From positions 160,001-224,000 of the forward strand of contig CAWHBU010000006.1 of NCBI GenBank assembly GCA_963827685.1: DNA of 64,000 bases, written 5' to 3'. Source of the DNA: an uncultured delta proteobacterium (lineage in GTDB: Bacteria; Desulfobacterota; BSN033; UBA1163). The first letter of the stretch is position 1, and every line of letters begins with the position of its first letter. The position numbers and the translations under genes were made by a program. The notes below the pieces were generated by a model, which saw nothing but the letters and a program-made list of their open reading frames with translations, was not told the DNA's origin and did not search any database. Shown here in pieces: positions 19,314-29,607 of this stretch.

Positions 19314-19801
19314 AGGAATTCCATTACAACTGATAAGCCACGAAGCACCGTGAAGACAGCTGGTTGATTCAATAACCAATCTATTTTAAAGAAACCCATA
19401 TCTAAAAAGGTCAATCTTAATCACGTGATCAAAGGTGATTACCTGTTATTACCAAATTTTTTCTATACCCTCTTTTTGGCAAAAAAGGCTGCCTTTGCAG
19501 TTATCTTTTGGTCATTCATTTCCATCTCCCAGACTGGCCATCTATCCAGTTAACATTGCCCGAGTCCCCCGCCAAATTCGTCGCCCGGTGCGCCCGCGTA
19601 ATGAGGACAGACTGGATCAGAAATTCTTCGCCTTTTACTTGGTTGGAATGATTCGGATATTTCTGGAGGAAATTGGTGGTTCACGGTAAATACCACCCTT
19701 TTCTTTTTGCTGAAGAATTAAACCATCACTCTCTAACGGAAACACCCATCAGATGCGATCAAGGCTCCTGGGAGTGTTGAAGATCCGAAATGGAGAGGGA
19801 T

Positions 19802-19965
19802 ATTTGCATCCATGATGAAATTCTACTGGAAGTCCCTACTGAAGCAACGGATGAAGTGGCTCTCCTTTTCTGACGGGAAGCAATGGAGGAGGATGGCAGG
19901 ACGATGTTGAAGATTGCCCTGTCGAGGCTCAGGTGGTTATTGTGGGTAGTTGGGCGGAGAAGTGA
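19802..19965 (+). pseudogene. Decayed C-terminus of a family A DNA polymerase
   Basis: Manual translation ICIHDEILLEVPTEATDEVALL(stop)REAMEEDGRTMLK(frameshift)CPVEAQVVIVGSWAEK*, i.e. PolA motif C (HDE) and the typical PVE..SWAE end. Confidence 0.72.
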
Positions 19966-20220
19966 TGCTGGGAGATTGCATATAGGATATCAAATAGAAA
20001 CTTTTTAGAGTCGGTTGGAACCAGCGAATAGATAGCAGCTGAACCTTCGTGAAAAGGGAGTTCTCCTTCATCCTTTTTGGTTAATGCTTTCACCCGCTGC
20101 GAAATTGCCAACCTTTGGAAATAAGGTCTACTTCTTTTTGTGGAACAAGGAAGAGAACTATTATCTTGGATAGCAGTATTAGCCATTCTTAAATAGAAAA
20201 TTCTTCCACCTCCTTTCAGT

Positions 20221-21018
20221 TTAGTGAGCGGTCCAGCCTCCATCGACCAGAAGGATATGACCCGTCACCAGATTGGACGCCTCTGAGGCCAGATAGATCA
20301 CTGCCCCAGTGACATCTTCGGGTTTTCCAACTCTCCCTAAAGGAATATTTCCCAGCACGTACTCACGAAAACCCTCTTTCTCAAACATAGGCTTCGTGAA
20401 AGGAGTCTCAATAAAGGTAGGGGCAATCGCATTGACGTTGATGTTGTACTGGGCCCACTCGATGGCCAGGAGTTTTGTCAGTTGATTCACACCTCCCTTG
20501 CTCGAGCAGTAAGCTGCTCTTTGGGGGATGGCGATCGTACCTGTTTGCGATGAGACATTGATGATCTTTCCCTTCTTCTGCTGGATCATCACCTTTCCCA
20601 CTGCTTGAGCACAGAAGAAGAGGGCTTTGAGATTCGTATCGACGACCCTGTCCCAAGCTTCCTCGGTAACATCAACCGCCCATTGGGTGATGTTCACCCC
20701 TGCGTTGTTTACAAGAATGTCGATATGGCGGAAGGTTTTCACGGATTGCTCTACCATGATATGAATCTCAGGAATCTTTGTGACATCCACCCGCTGGATC
20801 AGAACTCTCCGGCCGAGTTTCTCTATCTCCGCTCCCACTCTTTCCAACTCTGATTCCGTCCGACTGCAGACAACCATATCGGCCCCGTATTTGGCCAACG
20901 CCAACGCGATGTGGTATCCCATTCCTCTGCCAGCGCCCGTAACCATGGCAACCTTCCCTGTGAGATCGAATTCAGAAAAAGGAACCTTCTCCATAAGCTC
21001 TCCACAGTTCTTTATCAT
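20221..21018 (-). CDS. SDR-family NAD(P)-dependent oxidoreductase (gluconate 5-DH/KduD-like)
   Basis: TGAGRGMG, NNAG, YCSSK, VDGGW. Confidence 0.9.
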   Translation of the reverse strand: MIKNCGELMEKVPFSEFDLTGKVAMVTGAGRGMGYHIALALAKYGADMVVCSRTESELERVGAEIEKLGRRVLIQRVDVTKIPEIHIMVEQSVKTFRHIDILVNNAGVNITQWAVDVTEEAWDRVVDTNLKALFFCAQAVGKVMIQQKKGKIINVSSQTGTIAIPQRAAYCSSKGGVNQLTKLLAIEWAQYNINVNAIAPTFIETPFTKPMFEKEGFREYVLGNIPLGRVGKPEDVTGAVIYLASEASNLVTGHILLVDGGWTAH

Positions 21019-22853
21019 TGATCCAGTCCTAACTCCTCTAATTTGCCTGGGGTAGGAATCCCATCTTCACTCCACCCCCGATAGGTGTAGTAGTCGCTCA
21101 AAAGCCTTCCCATGGGCGGAAGCTGATTGCTCAAATCCTCTCCTGTCCGCTTTAAGGTCATAAACCGATAAGGAAGAAAATCATCTTTTCGGCTTGCGCC
21201 AAGTCGACAATTGTACATTCTCTTCAGGTTAAAGAGCCTCTCACCCACCTTCATATATTCAGAAATTTCCATGTTCCAACCGGTGATCAAATTAAGCCAA
21301 TCCACATGATTGGTCACATTGACAGCCTTTCCCACTTGAGAAAATCGACAGATGATCAGGGCGTCCATCGCGCACATCAGATCCTGCATCTTTGCTGTAA
21401 ATTCCGCCTTTCCCTCAATCCCATAAGGATCCTGTGGTTCTGAATATCCTATCTCCGTTATGTAGAGAGCCAGTTCATAAGGATGGCTCCAGCTCGCATT
21501 GTGACAGGCTCCCCGGGCCGCCGTTCCGTAAGAGAGGGCCTGGCTGAAAAATCTTCTCGGATCGTGAGCAGAAGGTTCTAATCCCTTCACATGGATGGCA
21601 AACTCGGTGGCATTCTTTCCAAGTGCCTCCGCCATCCTTTTTGAACCTTCTGTCATGAGTTTCCCGATTCCTTCGCCTTTCCCCATTTTATGAACCATCT
21701 CTACCATGGCGTTTGCATTTCCCCAGACCAGTTCAATTCCGTCCGTATCTTCCTTTGTAATGATTCCCTTTTCATAAGCCTCCATGGCAAAGGCAATGAT
21801 GCCACCGGCAGAGATCGTATCCAGCCCATACTGATTGCAGAGTTGGTTTGCCTTGCAAATGGCTACCAGATCGTCCACCAGACAGAGTCCACCCAACGTC
21901 CCGATGGTCTCATACTCCGGCCCCTCACAGTCCATGGGTGCATAAGGACCTTCTGTAACCTTGATGTGTCTTCCGCAGGCAATGGGGCAGTGCATGCAGG
22001 CCCTTCTTCCAGAGAGGATCGTATCATGCATGGCCGCCCCCGAAATCTTTTTGGCTCCTGCCCACCTTCCCTGTCTCCAATTCTTCACAGGGAAATTTCC
22101 AATCTTTTCATAGTTGTCGATACCGCCCGAGGTGCCAAGCTTCCCGAAGGCCTCTGTCGTCCCTTGAATGTGGGGGGTAATTTCTTTGATGTACGCCTTT
22201 AACTCATCAGGCTTAGCAACGGAAATCGGACCTTCTCCATAAACGACCATAGCTTTCAGATTCTTAGAACCCATCACTGCCCCGAGCCCCGTGCGAGCTG
22301 CTGCTCTCACGATATGGCCAATATGAGGAATGCTTGCAATCTTGGCCATGCGCTCTCCTGCAGGTCCGATCACGGCTGCTGTGGCCTCCTTTGCAGTCTC
22401 CCGCTTCAACCATTCCGCTGACTCATAAGAGTCTTTCCCCCAGATGGGCTTAGCGTCCCGAAGCTCCACTTTCCCGTCCCGAATCCAGAGGTAGAGGGGG
22501 GTTTCTGATTTTCCTTTAATCACGATCCCATCGAATCCGGCTTTTTTGAAGTGCACTGCCCAGGATCCTCCCACATTCGATTCCCCAAAGAAACCAGTAA
22601 GAGGAGAACGAGCTACCAGATGATGCCTTCCTGAAGTGGGAACCCCTGTCCCTGTATAAGGACCTGTCATAGCTATGAGAATATTCTCAGGAGAGAGAGG
22701 TTCGGTTTTTGGCCCGGTCTCTTCATTGAGAATTCTCGCCTCAACGCCGAGACCTCCAACATACTTTCGAATCAACCCTTCATTGAGGTCCTCCACTTCA
22801 ATTTTTCTGTTTGTCAAATCCACTCTTAACAACTTCTTATGATAGCCGAACAC
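21015..22853 (-). CDS. aor: Tungsten aldehyde:ferredoxin oxidoreductase family protein
   Basis: RSPLTG, GAVMGSKNLKA, CMHCPIAC, GPEYET, GLDTIS, RGACH. Confidence 0.92.
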   Translation of the reverse strand: MFGYHKKLLRVDLTNRKIEVEDLNEGLIRKYVGGLGVEARILNEETGPKTEPLSPENILIAMTGPYTGTGVPTSGRHHLVARSPLTGFFGESNVGGSWAVHFKKAGFDGIVIKGKSETPLYLWIRDGKVELRDAKPIWGKDSYESAEWLKRETAKEATAAVIGPAGERMAKIASIPHIGHIVRAAARTGLGAVMGSKNLKAMVVYGEGPISVAKPDELKAYIKEITPHIQGTTEAFGKLGTSGGIDNYEKIGNFPVKNWRQGRWAGAKKISGAAMHDTILSGRRACMHCPIACGRHIKVTEGPYAPMDCEGPEYETIGTLGGLCLVDDLVAICKANQLCNQYGLDTISAGGIIAFAMEAYEKGIITKEDTDGIELVWGNANAMVEMVHKMGKGEGIGKLMTEGSKRMAEALGKNATEFAIHVKGLEPSAHDPRRFFSQALSYGTAARGACHNASWSHPYELALYITEIGYSEPQDPYGIEGKAEFTAKMQDLMCAMDALIICRFSQVGKAVNVTNHVDWLNLITGWNMEISEYMKVGERLFNLKRMYNCRLGASRKDDFLPYRFMTLKRTGEDLSNQLPPMGRLLSDYYTYRGWSEDGIPTPGKLEELGLDQ

Positions 22854-22868
22854 GGATGTTCCTCCTTT

Positions 22869-24029
22869 TTACAGAGCTTTTTCGTAGATCCGTTCCACAT
22901 CTTGGACGGTCATGGCTCGGGGATTATTCCCCATCAGTCTTGTCACGTTGATGGCAGCTTTGGCCATAGCGGGAATAGCTTCCTTGGGGACTTTCAACTC
23001 AGTAAGAGATTGCGGGATTTTCAGGTCCCTGTAAATGGCTTTGACCGTCTTGGCTGCATGGTAGGCCTGATCGAGCAATGATAAATGTTCCACTTTTTCC
23101 CCGAGAAATTGGGCGACTTGGGCAAATTTTTGGATATTGCCCAGGACATTGAACTCCATCACATAGGGAAGCAAAAGGCCGTTGGCGATCCCATGGGCAA
23201 CATTGAATTGCCCTCCGAGAGGATAAGCGAGGGCATGCACGGCTGTGACACCCGCATTGGCTAAAGAGATTCCTGAATAGAGGCTGCCGATCGCCATATT
23301 GTAACGGGCCTCCAGGTCATTTCCGTTGGCGACAGCCGTCCTTAAACTCCTGCCGATCATAATCATCGACTCCTTGGCAAAGAGGTCCGTCAGGATGGTA
23401 GCGTTATTAGAGGTATAAGATTCAATTGCATGGGTGAGGGCATCAATGCCGCTGGAGGAAGTCACAGAAGGTGGCATGGAAAGATGGAGCAGGGGGTCGA
23501 TGATGGCAACCCGAGGGAGAATGTGCGGACTGACCACGGCCTTCTTTAATCTCTCTTTTGTATCGGTCAGGATGGCATTTGGCGTCACCTCTGCGCCGGT
23601 CCCGGCAGTCGTGGGGATCAGGATCGTCGGGATACCTGGGTTCTTAACAAGGTTGACCCCAAAATAATCATACACCGTTCCGCCGTTGGTCATCATCACC
23701 GAGGCGATGGAGGCGATATCCATGGAACTTCCGCCGCCGACGCCGATAATAAGATCGTATCGATCCTTTTGGACCGCATCGATGCAGGCTTCCGCATTGG
23801 CGATGTCCGGGTCAGACATCACCTTGTCAAAGATTCCAACGCTCACCCCGTTCTTTTCGAGATGATCTTTAATCTTTTTTTCTATTCCTGAATTGACAAC
23901 GCCCTGATCAGTAACGACCAGAGCCTTTCGGGCTCCGATATTCATCGCCTCTTGACCCAATCGATCCAAAGCTCCAAATCCAGCAAGAATGAGATGAGGC
24001 GACCTGAGGCTTATGATTCTATTATCCAT
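22869..24029 (-). CDS. Iron-containing alcohol dehydrogenase
   Basis: GGGSSMD, PTTAGTGAE, DALTHAIE, HALAYPLGG..HG. Confidence 0.92.
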   Translation of the reverse strand: MDNRIISLRSPHLILAGFGALDRLGQEAMNIGARKALVVTDQGVVNSGIEKKIKDHLEKNGVSVGIFDKVMSDPDIANAEACIDAVQKDRYDLIIGVGGGSSMDIASIASVMMTNGGTVYDYFGVNLVKNPGIPTILIPTTAGTGAEVTPNAILTDTKERLKKAVVSPHILPRVAIIDPLLHLSMPPSVTSSSGIDALTHAIESYTSNNATILTDLFAKESMIMIGRSLRTAVANGNDLEARYNMAIGSLYSGISLANAGVTAVHALAYPLGGQFNVAHGIANGLLLPYVMEFNVLGNIQKFAQVAQFLGEKVEHLSLLDQAYHAAKTVKAIYRDLKIPQSLTELKVPKEAIPAMAKAAINVTRLMGNNPRAMTVQDVERIYEKAL

Positions 24030-24424
24030 AAAAAATCCTCCTCAAACAAATAGAAGCAAGCTGAATAGCGCTCCCACCGTCTTTCGATATTTGATGGCCT
24101 TCTAAAGCTCATCCGAAGTTATTAAATCTCGATAAGAGCTGCATAAAAAGAACCATTTTATTTTAATTGCAATGCCTTCCTTCACCTGATTAGGTTCGAT
24201 CTGTTCCAATGAGTCGAGTTGTAATCAAGCTTAATGGCCGAGGTGTATGCAGTGGCTGAAAACTATCCGCACCTGTCAGTTGCTGGCTAATAATCCCTCT
24301 TTTGCTCTCAAGTGTACCGATTTAATAAACCCTCCACTCTCCTCTTCCCTTAGAAATCAACTTTTACGGGATCCGCGTCGACTACTTTCGCGGATTTTGC
24401 AAACTCCCAATTCCTCTTCGTTTG

Positions 24425-24545
24425 CGACGAAACAGGCCATCCAAGGAGGAAGTGCGTGGGGTGTTAAAGATGTTCTGAGGTGGTCCGAGATCCATCACTC
24501 GCCTTTGTAGATAAAATTGATCTTGTCGCCTACCGTGGCTATGAA
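24425..24545 (-). pseudogene. Possible remnant of an ABC ATPase C-terminal segment
   Basis: Manual translation with one frameshift: IATVGDKINFIYKG/VMDLGPPQNIFNTPRT, like the post-H-loop DRIAVM..G.P.EIF..P segment. Confidence 0.4.
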
Positions 24546-24572
24546 TTTCGTCTCGACACCATTTATCCCTTT

Positions 24573-24989
24573 CTATAAAATTTCCTTTTTTCTCTCCACC
24601 AACTCCACTAGCACGTTGTTTGTCTCCTCAGGGCTTACAAAAGCAACCCAAGACCCTCCAGCTCCGGGTCGAGGTTTCTCATCTCTTAATTTAACGCCCA
24701 TCTTATTCATGTCACCCAATATAGTTGCTAAATTATTGACTCTGTAGGCTATGTGATGCATACCTTCTCCGTGCTTTTCCAAAAACTCGCCAACCCTCCC
24801 TTTCCCAATCACTAGCGGTTGCACCAACTCCAGCATAACTTCTCCGACCGGGATGAAAGCAATCCGCACAGATAGTTCTTCCATGGTTTCAATGTGTTTA
24901 GCTTTTATTCGAAATAATTTTTCGTATCGCTTTAAGGATTCGTCAATGTTGTGAACCGCTATTCCTATGTGATCAATCTGTTTGAGCAT
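24573..24989 (-). CDS. Methylmalonyl-CoA epimerase / VOC family protein
   Basis: IDHIGIAV, LELVQP, GEGMHHIAY, VLVELVE; likely start MLKQID. Confidence 0.85.
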   Translation of the reverse strand: MLKQIDHIGIAVHNIDESLKRYEKLFRIKAKHIETMEELSVRIAFIPVGEVMLELVQPLVIGKGRVGEFLEKHGEGMHHIAYRVNNLATILGDMNKMGVKLRDEKPRPGAGGSWVAFVSPEETNNVLVELVERKKEIL

Positions 24990-25288
24990 GGTATTTTCCT
25001 CCTTGTGATCTAAATTCAGCTCCAACGATTTATTCCCCCTTATGAATGCCGCTGGTAGAAAATAAATTGCTCATTTTTTATGTATAAGATAATTTTATGT
25101 TTACCGCGAATTACATAAAATCTGTCCCCTCTCTAAACGGTACCCTGAGTGGCTAGATCTCTGGATTTTTCCTCAGGAATTTTCCTTATACGCTTGTTTT
25201 CTTTTTTCCGTATCTTTCCAAAACGAAAGTGAATGACATATCATCAATTTCAAGAGCTTCTTTTCCCTGGATGTTATATCCCAAAAAC

Positions 25289-25756
25289 TTAATGATTTTT
25301 TCTAAGGGAACTCACGAACAATACCGGGCGGAGAGATGATTTTATCACGATTTCCGCTGTACTACCTAAAACCTTATCGGTTATGCTTTTCCTCCCTCGA
25401 GTCCCCATTACTATTATGTCGACAGATTCTTTTTCGGCTACTGATAAAATTTCACGAAAATCAACCCCCCGTCTCAAAAGAATCTCGTAATCCGAGAACT
25501 CATTCAATTTTTGGAGGTAATGGATGCCAATCTTATCAGTTATCTCTTGTTTTTGAGACTCTTCTAATGCCAACACTTGATTAGGAGAGAGGTACACGAA
25601 CAGTTGTCCTCGAACTGCTTCTCGATTTATAAGGTCTGTCATAACATGAAGGATCAGTAGCTTTGCATGATATGTTCTTGCAAGATTAACCGCGTACTCA
25701 AAGGCTCTAATAGAAATTTCGGAAAAGTCACCATAAAATAGTATCTTTTTAAACAT
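25289..25756 (-). CDS. Universal stress protein
   Basis: MFKKILFYGDFSE, DIIVMGTRGR, LGSTAE, PVL. Confidence 0.88.
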   Translation of the reverse strand: MFKKILFYGDFSEISIRAFEYAVNLARTYHAKLLILHVMTDLINREAVRGQLFVYLSPNQVLALEESQKQEITDKIGIHYLQKLNEFSDYEILLRRGVDFREILSVAEKESVDIIVMGTRGRKSITDKVLGSTAEIVIKSSLRPVLFVSSLRKNH

Positions 25757-25878
25757 AAGGTTTTTAACACTTTTGGTGAAAAATCTATTATTCCTTGTTA
25801 TCAATAAGTCTCTTGAAGATCTCGTTAATTGGCAATCGATGAGTTAAGATTAGAATAATTGAAATTATTATTTTAATC

Positions 25879-26112
25879 TCAGATCTTTGTAGAAGCTGAT
25901 TGTTCTAAAATTTTAATTGCCCTCCCAGCATCTGATTCATTTACCTCCACACTGACACTCCCAATAACATAAGGATAAAACCAATCCTTAGAAAGAATAC
26001 GTTCGTCAACGATGAAGCATTCTATTCCTTCCGACTCAATTTTTGTTTTAGCGGTTTGGGCGTCAATCACCCGACTAAAACAACCAATCGTGATTCTCTT
26101 CTCTAAATTCAC
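25879..26112 (-). CDS. DUF2007-like small protein
   Basis: AKTKIESEGIECFIVDE...VSVEVNESDAGRAIKIL pattern. Confidence 0.6.
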   Translation of the reverse strand: MNLEKRITIGCFSRVIDAQTAKTKIESEGIECFIVDERILSKDWFYPYVIGSVSVEVNESDAGRAIKILEQSASTKI

Positions 26113-26183
26113 TATTCCAATATGGACCTTTCCATATTTGATTCATTTCCCATGACTCGAGACGTTTATAAACCGACTCTTTC

Positions 26184-26768
26184 CTAAAACTTATTTCTGT
26201 GTAGCCAACTGAATTCCGGTCTTCTTGGAGTAAATGAAAGAAGTTTTTCTCTAGAATAAAGATCCTCTCCCGCTTCACCAAATTTCAAAACAGCGGTGAG
26301 CTCATAACCGTCTGGGAGACCTAGAATTTTCTCGGCTTCCTTTTTGTGTTTTCCCCAGTAAGTTACGATTCCTCCTCCAAGCCCTTCAGCGACTGCGGCC
26401 AAGAGCATGTTTTCTATACAAAGCCAAACACTTACACGGTTTTCCTCCCCTATTTTGTTGCAGACAGCGACAGTGCTTGCATTTTGGAAAAATTTTTTCT
26501 GATTGAGGGCCCTCATCTCAACCTCTTCTGAGCTTACATTTCCTTGGAAATGTTTGGGAGGCAAACGTCTGTTCTGCTGGTATTTTAGCTCTGCAAGTTG
26601 GTCAATAATCTTCTGGTCATCAACATTAACGAACTCCCACGGTTGGCGGTTCATCCCTGAGGGTGCTTTGGAGCCTGCCAGGAAAATTCTCTTTAGTTGT
26701 TCTTCCGATGCCTTCCTTGTAAAAGTGCGAACCGTCCTTCTTTTATCAATCGCTTCGTAAGTATCCAT
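26184..26768 (-). CDS. Nitroreductase family protein
   Basis: AIDKRRTVRTF, APSGMNRQPW, ENMLLAAVAEGLG. Confidence 0.88.
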   Translation of the reverse strand: MDTYEAIDKRRTVRTFTRKASEEQLKRIFLAGSKAPSGMNRQPWEFVNVDDQKIIDQLAELKYQQNRRLPPKHFQGNVSSEEVEMRALNQKKFFQNASTVAVCNKIGEENRVSVWLCIENMLLAAVAEGLGGGIVTYWGKHKKEAEKILGLPDGYELTAVLKFGEAGEDLYSREKLLSFTPRRPEFSWLHRNKF

Positions 26769-26931
26769 TTTTTCTCCTTTCCTTGAAAGCGTCACCACAT
26801 CAAAGTTGTTGTTATGCCCTGTATCAGAATTGAAGAAACAAATCGCTTTCCTTAGTACAATTGAAATCTCTCTAAAGACCGCACTCGGCCTCTTTTGTAA
26901 ATAATCAGCTTCCCAAAATGGATCGCCTACG

Positions 26932-27417
26932 TTACAAAAAATCAGCTTGTTTGCTCCTTCGCGATTCTGACAATGTGTATGGATTTCCGAAAATTAATGC
27001 TTGATTCGGGCAGTTCTGGACACAAGCAGGCAACAATCCCTTATCGATACGATCATAACAAAGGTTACAGACTTGCATGACTTTTTTCTCCGGATTATAT
27101 TGCGGTGCTCCAAAGGGGCAAGCTTCAACACAATTTTCGCAACAAATACATAGATCTTCATTGAAGATCACGATCCCGTCCTTACGTTTAGAAATTGCAT
27201 CTACAGGGCATGCCTTTATACAAGGTGGATTCTCGCAATGCCTACAGTGCATAGGGACAAATTCCATGACAATCTTCCCCGCAACCTCCTTGGGTCCTAC
27301 CTGAATCACCCTTATCCACCTTGGACCAACGGGCAAGTTATGCTCCAATTTGCATACTACCTCGCAAGCTAAACAACCAGTACAAAGATGCGAATCTGCA
27401 AGTAGAGTAATTCTCAT
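26932..27417 (-). CDS. 4Fe-4S dicluster electron-transfer subunit (DmsB-like)
   Basis: CTGCLACEVVC, CRHCENPPCIKAC, CICCENCVEAC, CNLC..PACVQNC. Confidence 0.92.
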   Translation of the reverse strand: MRITLLADSHLCTGCLACEVVCKLEHNLPVGPRWIRVIQVGPKEVAGKIVMEFVPMHCRHCENPPCIKACPVDAISKRKDGIVIFNEDLCICCENCVEACPFGAPQYNPEKKVMQVCNLCYDRIDKGLLPACVQNCPNQALIFGNPYTLSESRRSKQADFL

Positions 27418-27420
27418 AAA

Positions 27421-29607
27421 TTAATCCTCCTTCACTTTACAGATGCGGCAGAGGATTCCCCTCAATGTAGAGGCTCCAGACACCGGATCATATGGACCGT
27501 CGTTAGATAATACGAGATTTATGCTCGATTGCCAGCAACCATGGTCGGGAGTCTTTACCTCAGGAAACCACCAATGTGAAGGGGCGTGAACAACGTCAGG
27601 GCGAACGGCTCTTGTTAAAGTGGCGGGCATCTTAACTCTTTCTTTTGATCCTGGAGTTTCTATCCAAACCCAATCACCTTCTTTGATGTTAAGTACCCTT
27701 GCGGTTTCTGGATGAATTTCTAATAACGGCATAGGTTGTAGTTCTCTACACCATGGAATCTGCCGATATCCCGAATGGTAGTAAGCTATGTGTCTACCGC
27801 CGGTTATCAAATTGAGCGGATAATCCTTAAGTAGTTCTGGGGCAGAAACTGGAGTTAACGCATTCTCCGAATAATAAGGCAAGGGATCATAACCATGTCT
27901 TTTGAGCAAAGAGGAGTACAATTCCACTCGGCCAGACGGTGTAGCAAAGCCTGTCTTTTCATATTTCTTGTATTCAATAATTCCTTCAATATAGCCTATT
28001 TTCTTAAGATCCTCGAAGGTGATACCCATGCCGGCTAGCTGGTAGTCAAAGAAATCTTGAGGGGAATGCCATGGACCTGGTACTTTAAAACCCATCCGCC
28101 TGATTATCTCCAGATCCATCATTGCGTCATCCATAGTTTCACCCAGTGGTTCTACTACTTTCTGTCGGGCCGCAACGAAATCCTTGTGACCAATGTTATA
28201 ACGAGCTTCTTCCAATCCATCTTTTTCAAGCCACATTGTAGGCGGTAAGATGATATCGCAGAGCTCCATTGTAGGCGTCATGAAGAAGTCGGACCCAACT
28301 GTGAACTCCAAATTCATAACAGCCTCATACGTCTCCTTTTGGCCTTCCAAGCAAAGGATAATATCATTGAGAAACCAGTTGGCTTTAATAGGATATGGCT
28401 CGCCAGTTAGGATAGTGTGGACTACTGAAGGGGGATGGGCACAACTTAGACCAAGAGAATCCGAACTAGAAAGTAGCGGATATTGTCTAGCGCCTATACG
28501 GGTGTCTTCAACCTCCTTCGGCAAACGAAGTTCGTTCCGGGAGTCAATAATGTTAAACATACCCTTGAAACCTGCAGGCTTATTCGGGCCGACATGCCCG
28601 CCCTTAATATCCAAATTTCCACAGATAGCGACCATGATTAAAATAGCCCGGCATGTCTGCATTACATTTCTATTCTGTTGCACACCCTCTCGACAATAAT
28701 GTATTGATGGTTTTATCGTAGCATACATTCTCGCAGCATTAACAATTTGTTCAGAATCCAGGCCAGTTATTTCTGCGACACGATTAAGAGGGTATTCTTG
28801 AACTCTTTCTCGAAGTTCGGCGAATCCGATACACCATTTGTCAACAAATTGCTTATCATAGAGATTCTCATTAATGATAACTTTTAGCATTCCAAGGGCT
28901 AGGGCATCATCAGTACCTGGTCTGATTTGTAAAAACAAGTCCGCTTTAGAAGCTGTTTGGGTAAGTCTGGGGTCTATAACAATCAGCTTCGCCCCATTTT
29001 TTACACCAATCATAATGTCCCTTGCCCGAGTAGGATGAGTCATTACTGGATTACCACCCCAGACAAAAATGCATTTGCTATTGCGATAATCGAGGCCTCT
29101 TTCACCAGCGCCATATTCGCCAAAAGTAGCTCGTTGTGCAATCATAAGTGGATGCATACAGTAATGAGCATCGGAATGCCAATGGGTAGCACTTCCCATT
29201 GCCTTGAGCCAAGCCTGTTTAGACCACCAACATGAATGGACGGCCGCATCTCCCCAAGACCAACCAATTGCGTTAGGGCCATATTTGTCCCGGATATCCC
29301 TAAATTTGGAGGCGGTGTAATCTAAGGCTTCGTCCTTGGAAATGCGTTGCCATTTGCCTTCACCGCGTTTCCCGGTTCTCTTTAGAGGATATAAGATCCG
29401 GTCCGGGTGATAAAGGAACTGTATGGCACTCAGACCTTTAGCGCACAACGAACCCTCATTTTTGGGATGGTTGGGATCCCCTTGAAGTTTAACAACTTTG
29501 CCGTTTTCGACATGCGCCAGCACACCGCAGTCACAGTGGCAACCGGAGCACAAGGTCCTAATCACCTCAATACGTTCTTCAAATCTTCTTTTCTCCTCAG
29601 TGGGCAT
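27421..29607 (-). CDS. Mo/W-bisPGD oxidoreductase catalytic subunit, acetylene hydratase-like clade
   Basis: CSGCHCDC..C cluster motif, no Tat signal, WCIGFAELRERVQEYP, PYPIKA, FMTPT, TPSGRVELYSS..GYDPLPYY; 728 aa. Confidence 0.88.
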   Translation of the reverse strand: MPTEEKRRFEERIEVIRTLCSGCHCDCGVLAHVENGKVVKLQGDPNHPKNEGSLCAKGLSAIQFLYHPDRILYPLKRTGKRGEGKWQRISKDEALDYTASKFRDIRDKYGPNAIGWSWGDAAVHSCWWSKQAWLKAMGSATHWHSDAHYCMHPLMIAQRATFGEYGAGERGLDYRNSKCIFVWGGNPVMTHPTRARDIMIGVKNGAKLIVIDPRLTQTASKADLFLQIRPGTDDALALGMLKVIINENLYDKQFVDKWCIGFAELRERVQEYPLNRVAEITGLDSEQIVNAARMYATIKPSIHYCREGVQQNRNVMQTCRAILIMVAICGNLDIKGGHVGPNKPAGFKGMFNIIDSRNELRLPKEVEDTRIGARQYPLLSSSDSLGLSCAHPPSVVHTILTGEPYPIKANWFLNDIILCLEGQKETYEAVMNLEFTVGSDFFMTPTMELCDIILPPTMWLEKDGLEEARYNIGHKDFVAARQKVVEPLGETMDDAMMDLEIIRRMGFKVPGPWHSPQDFFDYQLAGMGITFEDLKKIGYIEGIIEYKKYEKTGFATPSGRVELYSSLLKRHGYDPLPYYSENALTPVSAPELLKDYPLNLITGGRHIAYYHSGYRQIPWCRELQPMPLLEIHPETARVLNIKEGDWVWIETPGSKERVKMPATLTRAVRPDVVHAPSHWWFPEVKTPDHGCWQSSINLVLSNDGPYDPVSGASTLRGILCRICKVKED

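Noticed and set aside
9900-20000. Intact prophage or complete dpd restriction-modification island
   Set aside because: No capsid, terminase, tail or lysis genes, and no dpdB-K or folE/queCDE recognised.
24140-24155. Sigma54-like TGG-N10-GC upstream of the Fe-ADH gene (minus strand)
   Set aside because: Spacing fits but the match to TGGCAC/TTGC is weak, and no enhancer-binding protein gene is nearby.
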